From Octopus bimaculoides (Eukaryota), in assembly GCF_001194135.2 (NCBI RefSeq), contig NC_068996.1, positions 5,988,226 through 6,052,225 on the forward strand: a stretch of 64,000 nucleotides of DNA. The letters are read 5' to 3'. This document shows, one piece after another, positions 11,535 to 23,742 of this stretch. Both the position numbers and the translations under genes were made by a program. The first letter of the stretch is position 1. Each line of letters starts with the position of its first letter. Under the pieces are notes generated by a model. The model had not been told where the DNA came from. It searched no databases and worked only from the letters and a program-made list of their open reading frames with translations.

Positions 11535-11623
11535 TTATCTACAGCTATCTATTTATTAACCTGAATGTGCATTTTGCAAACTCTTTCTGCGAAATTATTC
11601 CCTTCAAAGTTGTCCAAATGAAG
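11464..11623 (+). other. HVCN1: Putative Hv1 exon 1 (5' UTR plus ATG AAG)
   Basis: Ends in a strong donor AAG|GTAAGG at 11623/11624. ATG AAG (11618-11623) joins in frame to GTC AAG ATG at the acceptor 26823. No transcript evidence. Confidence 0.5.
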
Positions 11624-13674
11624 GTAAGGCGTAAATATTTATTTACTTTTAAAATAGACAAACGTTACCTTGTAAATTCCTCGAAACGAACAACATATGA
11701 GAAAAAAAAATGTATATATCAAAGTTAAACTCGTTCTTGTTTATAAAAAGCTATTTACCAAAATTTTGGCTCTTTTCTGAAGAATATATTTTTGCTGCTT
11801 TCCAATTACTTCGAAACTCTTTCCAAAAAGAGAAACGGTGTTTATATATTTATATTCTTTTTCTGTATTTCACTGTTTTATGACTAAATTCTTTTGCTAT
11901 TTGTTTCTTTTAAGTATTATTTTGTGATAGGTTCACGAAGCAATAATATTCTTTGAGGCATTTTTGTAAATAAGTTCAATCTAGTAAATATTAGCAAATG
12001 TTTGTTTTGCTTCTAACATATTCCACTAAAGCTGTGGGTGTTTTAATCCGACACATTGTCAGGTTCTTGCTAAATGTTGTTTTTAAATTGTCTATCGTTT
12101 GTTTCGCATATAAAAATTGACTTTCTTTTTAATTTACCAAGCTTTGGTGTATAATATGCGTTATGTATAGTATTATTTCTTATAACCTAAAATTATATTC
12201 TAATTCGAAAAAGTTCTGCTTTAATTACTTTAATTGAACAGTAGGTAACTTGGAACAGTTTTCGAATTCCATTCAAGCCACTAACCAAATATGCCTATTT
12301 GGGTTGTGTAATTACACACACGCACACACTTTATTTTCAAAATTGTATTTCTGAAAATGCTTTTTATTAGATAAAGCCTTTTACTTTAATAAGAAAACAA
12401 TATTTTTTGTTAACTAGAATAATACTTTGAAAAATAAATTGTTCATGATAATTGTTATGCCCATATGCCAACGCATACTTCTGCTAAATATTAATATATA
12501 TTATACCACGAACCAATACATTATATATAGGTTCGAATTCTACCGCAAACCAATATATGTGTGTGTGTGTGTGTCTACATCAACCATTATACTTCACGCT
12601 CTGCATGAATGGGACAGCTAAGTGAATAACTATTTTTTCTTTTTATTAATGAATCAATTTAAAATGAAGTCCTGAGAATTCCGACTATGGTACACAAAAC
12701 TGCCGAATATTTAAGATTCGGATTTATTTACGTTCTCTCCTGCCTTGTAAATCAATTTTCGATCAAAATATATAGTGGGTAACTGACCATTATAATAAAT
12801 AAATAGTACAGCCTCTGAGGTTTTAATTTTGACACCAGGACAGTAATACACAGAAAATATGGAATGTCACAGATGAAAATAAACACAGCGTTCAAGTTTA
12901 CTAAAATACTTGGTATGCGGGTGTATATAAATATATATATATACAATTGGTAATGCAGACGGGAAAAATAAAACTCAGCGTTTTTTTTGTTTTTTTTTTT
13001 CATACGAAACGGTAATTATTTTGGTTTCCACAAGTTGATATAAAATACGTACACCCAGTTGCTTTGGCGACCATTTGGACATGCAAGACGATACAACTTC
13101 GACATAGACACCTCGTAATTTATTTTTCTTTCCTGTCTGACTCGCATACTTTTATGAAGCACCAGAAACGCTTCAATTCAGTTGTCTGGCACGTTCCTGT
13201 CACAAGACGAGGGCCGGATGCCAGTACACCCACCTCTCGTGTTGCCATCCATAATCCTACCTCATGCAGTGCCACTTCCAAGAGTACCACGACCACTTCT
13301 TCCACTCATTGCCTTCTGGACCGCTGCCGCTGGCACCAAGTTTTTCTTCGACAGTCAGCCTGTGCTCACCATTATTTTAGCTTTAACACCTGAAGGTTTT
13401 ACAGTATCAAATACTACAAAACCAAAGATTGGTACTTTTCTAACTCCATTCTTTGTGTTAATTTGAATGCAATTCTTTCTCATTAATGTTATGCAGTAAG
13501 TTGTCAATAAAAAGTTGACTGTTGGGATATCTTGACCCCACTGTATCCACCGAGACTGTCGGTATCACTATCGGCCCCATGTTCACTTGTTCCGTCTCAT
13601 TCTCATATACGTCATCTTTGACTTTGAGATTCCAGGTTATGAAGCCTAATTCATGTTTTAATATCACTCGCATA

Positions 13675-13679
13675 TCATC

Positions 13680-13738
<59 letters not shown>

Positions 13739-13781
13739 TTCTCTCTTTCTCTCTTTCTCTCTCTCTCTCTCTTTCTCTCTT

Positions 13782-13812
<31 letters not shown>

Positions 13813-13972
13813 CTCTCTTTCTCTCTCTCTCTTTCTCTCTCTCTCTNNNNNNNNNNNNNNNNNNNNNNNNNNNNNNNNNNNNNNNNNNNNNNNNNNNNNN
13901 NNNNNNNNNNNNNNNNNNNNNNNNNNNNNNNNNNNNNNNNNNNNNNNNNNNNNNNNNNNNNNNNNNNNNNTC

Positions 13973-14031
<59 letters not shown>

Positions 14032-14460
14032 TTCTCTTTCTCTCTCTCTCTCTCTCTTTCTCTTTCTCTCTTTCTCTCTCCCTTTCTCTCTCTCTTTCTC
14101 TTTCTCTCTCTCTCTCTCTCTTTCTCTCTTTTTCTCTCTTTCTCTCTCCTTTTCTCTCTTTCTCTCTCTCTCTTTCTCTTTTTCTCTCTCTTTCTCTTTT
14201 CCTCTCTCTTTCTCTTTTTCTCTCTCTCTCTCTTTTCCTCTCTCTTTCTCTTTTTCTCTCTCTCTCTCTTTATCTCTCTCTCTTTTTCTCTCTCTTTTTC
14301 TCTCTCTCTCTCTTTATCTCTCTCTCTCTCTTTATCTCTCTCTCTCTTTTTCTCTCTCTCTCTCTCTTTATCTCTCTCTCTCTCTTTATCTCTCTCTCTC
14401 TCTCTTTATCTCTCTCTCTCTCTCTTTATCTCTCTCTCTTTTTCTCTCTCTCTCTGTCTC
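13675..14460. repeat. (TC)n/(TTTC)n microsatellite with internal N gap
   Basis: Direct reading. It explains the SL-repeat ORF 13522..14469. Confidence 0.98.
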
Positions 14461-14825
14461 TGTGTGTGACACTTATTTGGTAGCCATGATAAAATTCAGA
14501 GTTTCGGATGCCGGGGTGGGAACCCATGCCAACATCTCTTCAGTTATCCGGCCATTGAGAATTCTTTTGAGGAGGAATTAACCTCGGGGTTTAAATGCTC
14601 AGGAGCACAGTTTGTCATGACAATGCCCTGTGAACTGAACCAGGGTGTGCCCTTCTAAATAATGCTATGCCCTTTTCTCCTGGAACTGTATTCCCTTCTG
14701 ACCTTGTGCCTTCCCTTCAAAAAATTATTGGGATTGCACCTGTAAACTGAGCTTTGCCATAAAGGCTAACAAAATAGATATGTGCCATAGTAAACATTTT
14801 TTTTTTTTTTTTACCATTCTGTTAA

Positions 14826-15038
14826 GTCATAGAATTTTATAAGCTTATAATTGATAACTATGCAATGACAAAAGGAAATAGTCTAATAATGGGGTGTATA
14901 AACCCTCGATGCATGTGGGAGATGTGGATTTGAGTATCACACATACAGGGAAACCTTTTTTTCTGTCTAGGGCTTATACATCCCTTTAATAGACTATTTC
15001 TAGTCATTGCACTGTGATCGCTTATAAATTTATATGAC
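14826..15038. repeat. Imperfect long inverted repeat (foldback/MITE relic)
   Basis: Arms 14826-14906 and 14969-15038 share GTCATA.AA.TTTATAAGC, TGCAATGAC, AAATAGTCTA and TGTATAA.CCCT in inverted order. Confidence 0.8.
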
Positions 15039-15376
15039 GGAGGCAGTCAATCTGTATATTATTGGTTATGGAATATAAATGGACTGAATGTTACCAATAA
15101 TTTCATGCCAACTGTTACACTGAGGCAATACTAGTGATTTGTAACCGTTCTATATGTCCATGAGTGGTGGGGCAGGGAAGCAAAACATTCTTAAAGAAAT
15201 TGAGTGGTCATCAATATTGCGAAGTGCAGTAGTCAGTGCAAAACCATCTGGCATTCTGACACATATTCCATAACCAATAATATACTGGCTGACATATATA
15301 TAACCAAGGAACATACATGTACATATATAACCAAAGAAAGCATATATGCTGGTTAGTAGAAACATTTGGCACCATT

Positions 15377-15605
15377 AGCGGCCAGCTGGCAGAATCGGTA
15401 GCACGCCGGGCGAAATGCTTAGCGGTATTTCGTCTTGTCTTTACGTTCTGAATTCAAATTCTGCCGAGGTCGACTTTGCCTTTCATCCTTTTGGGGTCGA
15501 TTAAATAAGTACCAGTTACGCACTGGGGTCGATGTAATCGACTTAATCCCTTTGTCCATTCTTGTTGTCCCCTCTGTTTAGCCCCTTGTGTGCAATAAAG
15601 AAATA
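15377..15605 (+). mobile_element. SINE family A with TSD
   Basis: AGAAACATTTGGCACCATT (15358-15376) and AGAAACATTTGACACCATT (15606-15624), a 19-bp TSD with 1 mismatch. Confidence 0.9.
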
Positions 15606-16239
15606 AGAAACATTTGACACCATTGACAAAAACCTTTCAATTTTAAAAAAAGGCTGTTGGTAAAAGACAGTTCACTGTAGTCCTTGGGTGTTTTCATTTA
15701 CAGTACGGCTAATTTGGAGTGGGTGGGGGTGGGTCATTGTCTTATCAAGATATTTGAGTAGAAGTTATATCTGAATTGATTTCATAAGTGGTTAATCGTC
15801 TACCACTTCTATATAAAATACTTTGTAAAACCATAATGTAATGGATTGGAGAAATGTAGAATTTCACCAACTTTTCTTCATCATTTAATGTCCATTGTCC
15901 ATGCTGGCATGGGTTGGATGGTTTGACCAAAGCTGGAAGGCTGCCCTAGACTCCAGTCTGATTTGGCATGGTTTTCTATGGCTAGATGCCCTTCCTTAAT
16001 GCCAATCACTCTGAGAGTGTAATGGGTGTTTTTACGTGCCACCAGCACAGGTGCCATTTACATGACACCACTAACTGCCATGACTGCGATTTTGCTTGGC
16101 TTGAGTCTGCTTCTCAAACACGACATAATGCCAAATGTCTCTGTCATTGCCTCCATGAGGCCCAACACTCAAAAGGTGCTCTTTACGTAACACCTGCACA
16201 GGTGCAAGTTATGACACCTACATCAGCCATGACTACGAT

Positions 16240-17880
16240 TTCACTTGCCAGGTCTTCTCAAGCACAGCATATTGCCAAAGGTCTCGGTCACTAGTCATTG
16301 CCTTTGTGAAGCTCAAAGTTTGAAGATTACGCTTCACCACTTTGTCCCATGTTTTCTTGGGTGTACCCCTACCATAGGTTCCCTCCATAGTTGCAGATTG
16401 GTACTTTTTTACACAGATCTCCTTGTCCATACACATCACATGACCATACCAGCACAGTCACCTCTCTTGCACATCACATCTGATACCACTTATGTTTAAC
16501 TTTTCTCACAAGATGCTTACACTGTCGAACATGCACACTGACGTTGCACATCCAGCGAATCATACTGGCTTCATTTCTCAGAGCCTATGTATGTCCTCCG
16601 CTGTCACAGCCCATGTTTCACTGCCATGTGGCATAGCTGTTCACACACAGGCATCATACAATCTACCTTTCACTCTGAGAGAGAGGCCCTTTGTTGCCAG
16701 CAGAGGTAGGAGCTCTTTTGTCCAGCCTAATTTTCTCACAGCTACGCTCTCGGAGCATCTATTTCTACTACTAACTTGATCATCTGTATAACAGAAGCTA
16801 TCTACTACTTTTAGCTTGTCCCACTGGCAGTTGATGGTCTGTTTTCTGCACATTTTCAGTATTTATTGTACCTGTGCATCTTCCACATACAAAAGCTAGT
16901 TTCCCTGTTAACCTTCCTCTGATATTGCTACAATTGGCTGCATTTTATGGAGTTTCTACCTACTCCTTTTCCACAGATCAAGCAGGGCCCTCTACCTGAA
17001 GGAATTTGTGATTTGTCTTCCTTCCTACTTATTAAGACTTTGGTTTTTGCTAGGTTAACTCTAAGTCCCTTCGATTCTAGACCTTGCTTCCATACCTGGA
17101 ACTTCTAGTTCTGGTAGTGACTTGGCTATAAGAGCAAAGTCATCAGCATAGAGGAGCTTCCTAGGGAAGCCTGTCTTAAATTCCTCTGTTATTTCTTGGA
17201 GGACTGTCTAACAAGGAGCTGAGCACCAATCCTTGGTGAACCCCAACTTGTACCCTGAATTCTTCGCTGTACTTATTGCCAACCATCACCTTACTGGTAG
17301 CATCCCTGTACATAGCTTGTACAGCTCTCACCAACCACTAGTCTATCCCTAGTTTCTGCATGGACCATCAGGGGACTCTGTCAAAGGCTTTTCTCCAAGT
17401 CAACAAAGGCCAACTACAGGGATTTATCTTTAGCTATGTATTTCTTTTGCAACTGCCTTACCAGAAATATAAGCATCAGCGGTCCTTCTCTCTGCATTTT
17501 ATCTAGGCTAACTCTCTCCCTAATTGGATTATGACTCTAACTTTCATCACCTGATCCAACAACTTGATACTTCAATAATTATTTCTAAGGCATTACCTTT
17601 ATATTTGTAGCAGTTGACTATGGTGCTGCTACGCCAGTCATTGGGTATGGCTCTTTTATGAACCACCTGATTTACAATACAGGTGACCCACACTGCCAGA
17701 TATTTTCAATATCTCAGCAGTGATTCCTGATGGACTGGGGGCTTTCCCTGTCTTCATATCCTGAATTGTTTTATCTACCAAGGAACTGTTGATTCAGATA
17801 GCTGGTCCCTCGTTCTTAAGTACCAAGTGTACTATCAATGACAGTATAAACTAGCTGACATATACTTCCAGCTTGACTGT
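16240..17880 (-). mobile_element. Decayed RTE-clade LINE (RT to C-terminus)
   Basis: ELLYADDFA at ~17135-17160, ELLPLLATKGLSLRVKGRLYDACV and GRGTPKKTWDKVV..MTSDRDLW. Many stops and frameshifts. Confidence 0.85.
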
Positions 17881-20800
17881 CTTTGTGTTTTTACTCACAA
17901 CTTGTACCACCTCTACCATAAATATATCAAATTATTATTCAAAGAAAACAATATGCATTTTTAAATTTATACATCCTCGTTAATTCCTGACAATCGTATT
18001 GCACTGTCACCTTAACTGTATTTTATATTGATTACTTATTTGACACATGGCATTAAATTGTTAGATGGTTCATTAATTGTTGATAGTTTAAGTGGGTGGG
18101 TGGCATGATTCCTTGTTATTTCTAACAAATCAAGTAACCATAAAGACTCCAGGCACAATACTGGTGACAAGCTGAGCTGACATGGTCATCCAGTTTCAAG
18201 ACAGAAGCTTCTATAGTCGCAGAAGAACACTAGTTAAGTTGTTTGTTAGCCATAGAGATAGATTAGTGTGTGAATGAACAGTTTCAACCTTATCAGTCAG
18301 GTGACCTTTTTCTTTCTCTTTATGTGGTCAGGAAAGTCTGTGGTAGCAGCATTGTCATAAAAGGGGGAATAGTGTATTACTCTGTAACAATATAAGTAGT
18401 GTTTACTGTAATGTGAATCTATTAACCCATAATGCCTTTATTGATTTCTATTTGATGAAACCATCTCTATTGTAAGTGCAGCATTCACAGCCACTTAGAA
18501 AGATAAGTAGACATCTAAATGTATCTTAGTTACCAATAGTTTGTGGAAACTAAAGTTAATGGATTATGGATTTTAAAACAAAAATAAAAATTTAAATGTT
18601 CTTAATTCTATATATTGTATGTGTGGATATTGTATAGTCCTAAACATTGTGGCTGCATGTGTTTGTTAGTAAATAATGGTCAAACTATATACAAATAAAG
18701 GTCATTTCTTTTATTGATGTCAAATCATTTACGACATCTTTGTAACTGAGAAGGAAGAATTTTGTAATTGCTAATTGATTAGTTCAACAGTTGTGTACAT
18801 GGTAATCAGTTGACCACATCATTCAGTACTGCAGTTATAACTCTGAGTAAGACACAAAAGTTTGTGGTTGTTGTCATCAATTACTAAAGACACCTCCTTA
18901 GTCATTTAATGATTCTCATTACCAATGGTGTACTTTTAACAATTCTTGATTGACTCCATCAAACATACTAGCAAACTTTTATCTTTAGTCTTTTACTTGT
19001 TTGTTATTAGGCTGTGGCTATGCTGGGGCACAGCTTTCAAGGGTTTAGTCAATCAATTCACTCCTCTAGTATAGGTCAGAGGCCATAATAGGAAATATTT
19101 GCTTTACACACACACACAGAGCAATATATTGGTTACAGTGACCGTCACCAATGCTTAAGTTTTAACTATTGTTCTTACCAGCATTTTTATAGTTCAGATA
19201 ATTTAATCCTTCCTGGATAAACAAATTTAAGTTTTAGTAATCCACTGAATTAGATTCAGTGGATTAAAATAGCTACACTTATGGTTGACATCCCTTAGTT
19301 CTGAGCTCTAATCCTGTAAGGCATAATTTTTACCATTGTAATTTCATTGGCCAATAAAATAGATCATTCATTGTTCTCAATTCAGTCAATTTTATCTTTG
19401 TGTGTGCTAGTGACTAAATAATTCACTACTAATCCTGCTGTGGTCAGCTTTACTTTTCAACATTCTCATACAACAGTAATATTTTATGCTTGCATGAGTT
19501 GGAAGGTTTTACAAGATCCAACATGTCTGAAGACTGTATCATGTTCCAGTAGTTGCTTTTCAAGGTCAACAAAATAAAGTACTTGTTAAGCACTGGGATT
19601 GATTTGACTGACCAATCCATCTTTCACTGTTCTAACCTTCTGTTTAGTTTATTAGTTATATTGGCCAGTATATCTGTTATTTAGACGGGGTATAATTTGG
19701 CTGTTTTTCCCAGCAGGCTTAATGACTACTGAGAGAGCATCTTGTTGCTCATATATTTGTTAGAGTTGTGAGAGAACTGTTGTTTTTCTTAAAAACCTTG
19801 ACTAATGTGAAATGGTAACTGGGAACTGAAACATGGACTCAAATAATAGAAACTTACTGCCTGCAGAATGATGGCAGCTTCTGCTGTCAAGACATGGAAA
19901 TCTTTTACGTAGTTTGAGTTGTGGTTCATGTCACAACCAAGTAGCTTCATGTTTGATTCCATTGCATATCAGCTGGGGCAAGTGCTTCCTGCCGTAGTCT
20001 TGAGTTAATCAAGGACCTATGTAAAACTTGGTGAATGGAAAGTGTGGGAACCTGTCTACAGCCAAAAGTAGCATATATATTAGAACTCTTTCTTCCCCAA
20101 TGTTTTTCCTTCTTAGCTAGAAAGAAAGATATCATCCATGACAATCCGTTTTTAAGGTTTTTGGAGTTGGTGGAAGGGAGTGGAGTTGGGCTATCTTCAA
20201 ACTAGAGACCTGAATGCTTGCAACAGAATGGACTCCTAAAAGTACTCCTGATTCCAGGTGATTGTCTGTTGCCCAGAAGGTTTTAAAATTAGCAAAGAGC
20301 CAGAACAAACACCACAAGCAATTCTGTCTGATAGTATGATTCTGTTAAACCACAATCTTGGTACTTTATTGACACTAGAAGGATTTAAGGCAAAGCTGAC
20401 CTTAAAATATAAACATGGTATACAAGAAGCCAGTATAGTTCAAAACCTTTCACCTGAGGTTCTGTTCCTGCATATTCAAGGACCTGAAGAACTGACATCA
20501 ATTTGGGAGATATGAAGGTGTAAAGGCCTGTAGACTGTACGATGCACAGCATGTCTCTTGGATTTTCTGATCGTAGACTTGTAACATTGGTAAAGGTTTT
20601 TGTTGGTGGAGGAAGGTGAGTTTTCTACATCCTCAGTACCAACAAATGTTCCTGTAAGAGATTCAGTGCATTTTGTTATGTTCTTAGCAAACAATATAGT
20701 TTTGATTCTTGACATTTCATAAACATTACAACTTATTTACCCCTTATCAAATGAATCTAAACTTTTGTTTTGTCCCCCCTTGATCAGCCATTTTCCAGAA

Positions 20801-21050
20801 AACTTATAATTATAGACATTCTAGCTGCATTCATTCTCATTTTATGCATGGTGTTCTTTGAGATGGCAATGTGATTCAAAGACATGGCTGCTACTTCTAG
20901 CACACAGATCACACTGAGGCTTTGTAAGATTTCTTGTATTAATCCAGTTTATTATTACTGCTAATAGATGTGAAAAATATTTTATCCTTTGATTCATGTT
21001 AATATCAATCTGTGTATGTTCAAGGAGTGTGAGAGCATGCATATATATAT

Positions 21051-21217
21051 GGCGTAGTGGTTAAGAGCGCAGGCTACTAACCCCATGGTTCCGAGTTCGA
21101 TTCACGGCAGCGACCTGATTAATAATAGTAATAATAATAATAATAATAGTAATAATAATAGTAACATCGATAGGAATGAGAACCCAGGTTCGAAATTTCC
21201 CCAAGAAACCTGACGAG
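21051..21217 (+). mobile_element. tRNA-like-headed repeat with (AAT)n and a truncated hammerhead start
   Basis: GGCGTAGTGGTTAAGAGCGC..CTACTAA..GAGTTCGATTC (A/B boxes), then (AAT)n, then GGAATGAGAACCCAGGTTCGAAATTTCCCCAAGAAACCTGACGA. Same family as 25836-26080. Confidence 0.75.
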
Positions 21218-23135
21218 TATTCCATACATGCTACTTCTAAAATTGAATCAATACAGAAACTGTGGTTGATCCTTTTGAATTAGATTCAATACTTCTGGTG
21301 GGCTTAAATGCTCTCTCTCTCTCTCTCTTTCTCTCTGCTTCTGTTTACACAATTTCCTTCACAACGTTTCGTTCAATGTCATTGTATGGAAAAAAAAAAA
21401 AACTTGCTCATAAAGCAAAGCAGTGGTATTGAACCAAGATCTCCAGACTGTAAAATGAACTTAACCACTCAAGGGTGAAGGAAGAATGAGTATGTACTTC
21501 ATTCTTATTTCTTTACTGTGCAGTTGTTGGAGCATTGGTTGATGATGTCACCAATGCTACAAGATGTTAGCCACAACCATATTCTTCTTCCTGAAACATG
21601 TCTTGGACTTGAACACCAGGGAGTTGTCCTAAGTGGGTTCCTCTGTTCTAGCTAATGACTCCTTGAGAAGACTTATCGAGAATCTTGCCTATTGATGTAG
21701 TGTTAACACCATCTCCTCACCAGCTGAAGTGAGGTACCAGGGTATGGCACTATGAGCCATCAAGTGAGAGATTAGGAGTTGAGTGAGGATTGGTGATGCC
21801 AGTCCAACTGACCATCCTTGGCAAGGTGCACATGCCAGACATCAAAGGTACTATCTCTATACAAGAGCCCCAATAAATTCTTATAAATATATAAAAATTG
21901 TTGCAGATACATTAATGTAGTTAGCAATTCACTATGAAAAGATGAGGTAGTCATGGCTGGAATACCTTTTGATCATATCTTTTCAAGCACTGCTGACCTA
22001 AGACTAAATAATTCCTTCATCCTTGATGGTACCAAACTGTCCCATGCATCCATCCACCTCTCTGTTCGGTCTTTTATCTACCACTCACCTCTTGTCTCTG
22101 GCTGACACCAGATTAAAAAAGAATGAAAAATTTCAGATTATCTGATACTGAGTTAAGCATGGTGGGTCACCAACAGATTGGCAGCTGTGCTGGAGTTGAA
22201 TTAAATGCGTAAATAAAATAGATAAAACGTAAAATTTTAGAAATAAGATAACCAACATTTTACGATCTTCAACTGATTAGTGTCCAATTTCCATTATGTT
22301 TTCTTTTTCTCTCTCTCTGTTAACTACACCCTCTCGAGTTTTATTAAATAGCCTTGGTGAAATAGGTACATAACATATCAAATGAATCGCATATCTATAA
22401 TTGCTTCATTCTTTATTTAAGACATTTATCTTTCACTTGTGTCAGTGATTGCACTGCAGCCATGCTAGGTGCCAACTTGAAGGGTTTAATTGGAGAAATT
22501 GACCCCAGTTCTTGATTTTTTTTTTTTTTTTTTAAGGTCTGGTACTGGTTTCTTTTGCAAAACTAAGTTATGGGAATGTAAACAAACCAACACTGGTTGT
22601 CAGGTGGGACACCTACCTACACATACACACAATGGGCTTCATTCAGTTTGACTACCGGATCTGTTCACAAAGCTTTGAGCAGGGCTATAATAGAAGGCTA
22701 GCTCTGATAGAGGAGAGGCACTGTAACCACGACTTACATAAGATTAAAACCTTAACTTTTTTCATTTAGACTTTTGGGTGTTTTTTTGAGAGATGTTTCA
22801 CTGCCATTTCTAGCAGATCAAACAACTATATAGAGACTCTTCATGCCACATTATTTAGCAGCAGTAGTGGTGCTAGATTGTTTTCATTTTTGTGTTTCTA
22901 TACATTAAAGTAGTACAGAGAAAGAGGATTGTTTTAAAAATGCTTTCTGGTCGTTAACACTATGTCACTGACATCTGCCTTCAAGGTTATTCTATAATTC
23001 CATTCCACAGGTTTCCACCCCACCCTAAAAAACATTTACTTCTGTCTATACATTGCTTTCTTCCTTCAACTTTTTGTCTTTGCCTTTCCCTGTCATACTC
23101 CTTTGTACATTTATGCATTTTTGAAGCCTCCCCCA

Positions 23136-23180
<45 letters not shown>

Positions 23181-23183
23181 TTG

Positions 23184-23224
<41 letters not shown>

Positions 23225-23365
23225 TTATTACAGATTAAAAGGGTAAAGGTTTATTAATTTATTAATAAATCAACAATTAATAATTTTTACCAAGCCCTTC
23301 GGTATGTAAACACCATTATCGGTGGAGAACTTATTTAAAAGTTCCTATACATTTATAAACATAAT

Positions 23366-23659
23366 TAAGGGATCAGCAAGCATTTGCTTCACCACATACC
23401 GAAGTTCAGAAATAGCAGCTAAAAAAGCTGAGACTCCAACAGATAGCATTACTTAGGCAAAAACAAGAAGAAAAAACAAGGAAAACTAACCATTTAAAGT
23501 TAATCATAGACGCGTTTCTGGATTATGAGTGATAATACTCAATTTCCTTCATCGGTATGATATTCCAGTAGTAAATTCGACTATGCTAGCAAACCGGCTT
23601 TTTCAGCTGCTATTTCTGAACTTCGGTATGTGGTGAAGCAAAGGCTTGCTGATCCCTTA
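23366..23659. repeat. 63-bp inverted repeat (2 mismatches) with a 168-bp spacer
   Basis: 23366-23428 TAAGGGATCAGCAAGCATTTGCTTCACCACATACCGAAGTTCAGAAATAGCAGCTAAAAAAGC is the reverse complement of 23597-23659. Confidence 0.95.
23503..23561 (-). ncRNA. Minimal type I hammerhead ribozyme motif (Penelope-type GAAACGCGUC)
   Basis: Minus strand: ATCATA|CCGATGA|A GGA aat TGAGT attatc ACTCA taa TCC A|GAAA CGCGTC|TATGAT. It has a 6-bp stem I, a palindromic stem III and a GUC triplet. Confidence 0.75.
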
Positions 23660-23679
23660 TGTTTATATATATGTATGTG

Positions 23680-23714
<35 letters not shown>

Positions 23715-23742
23715 GCACGCACACGCACACGCACGATCACGA

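Noticed and set aside
13522-14469. 315-aa Ser/Leu ORF
   Set aside because: It is a translation of (TC)n plus a gap.
20258-20715. ORFs with weak gypsy-like wording (TLEGFKAKLTLK)
   Set aside because: Too short and degenerate to assign without a search.
21051-21115. Possible tRNA-Ser gene (ACT loop); also 25836-25900 and 58545-58611
   Set aside because: There is no complete cloverleaf or acceptor stem, and each continues into repeat bodies. These are SINE heads.
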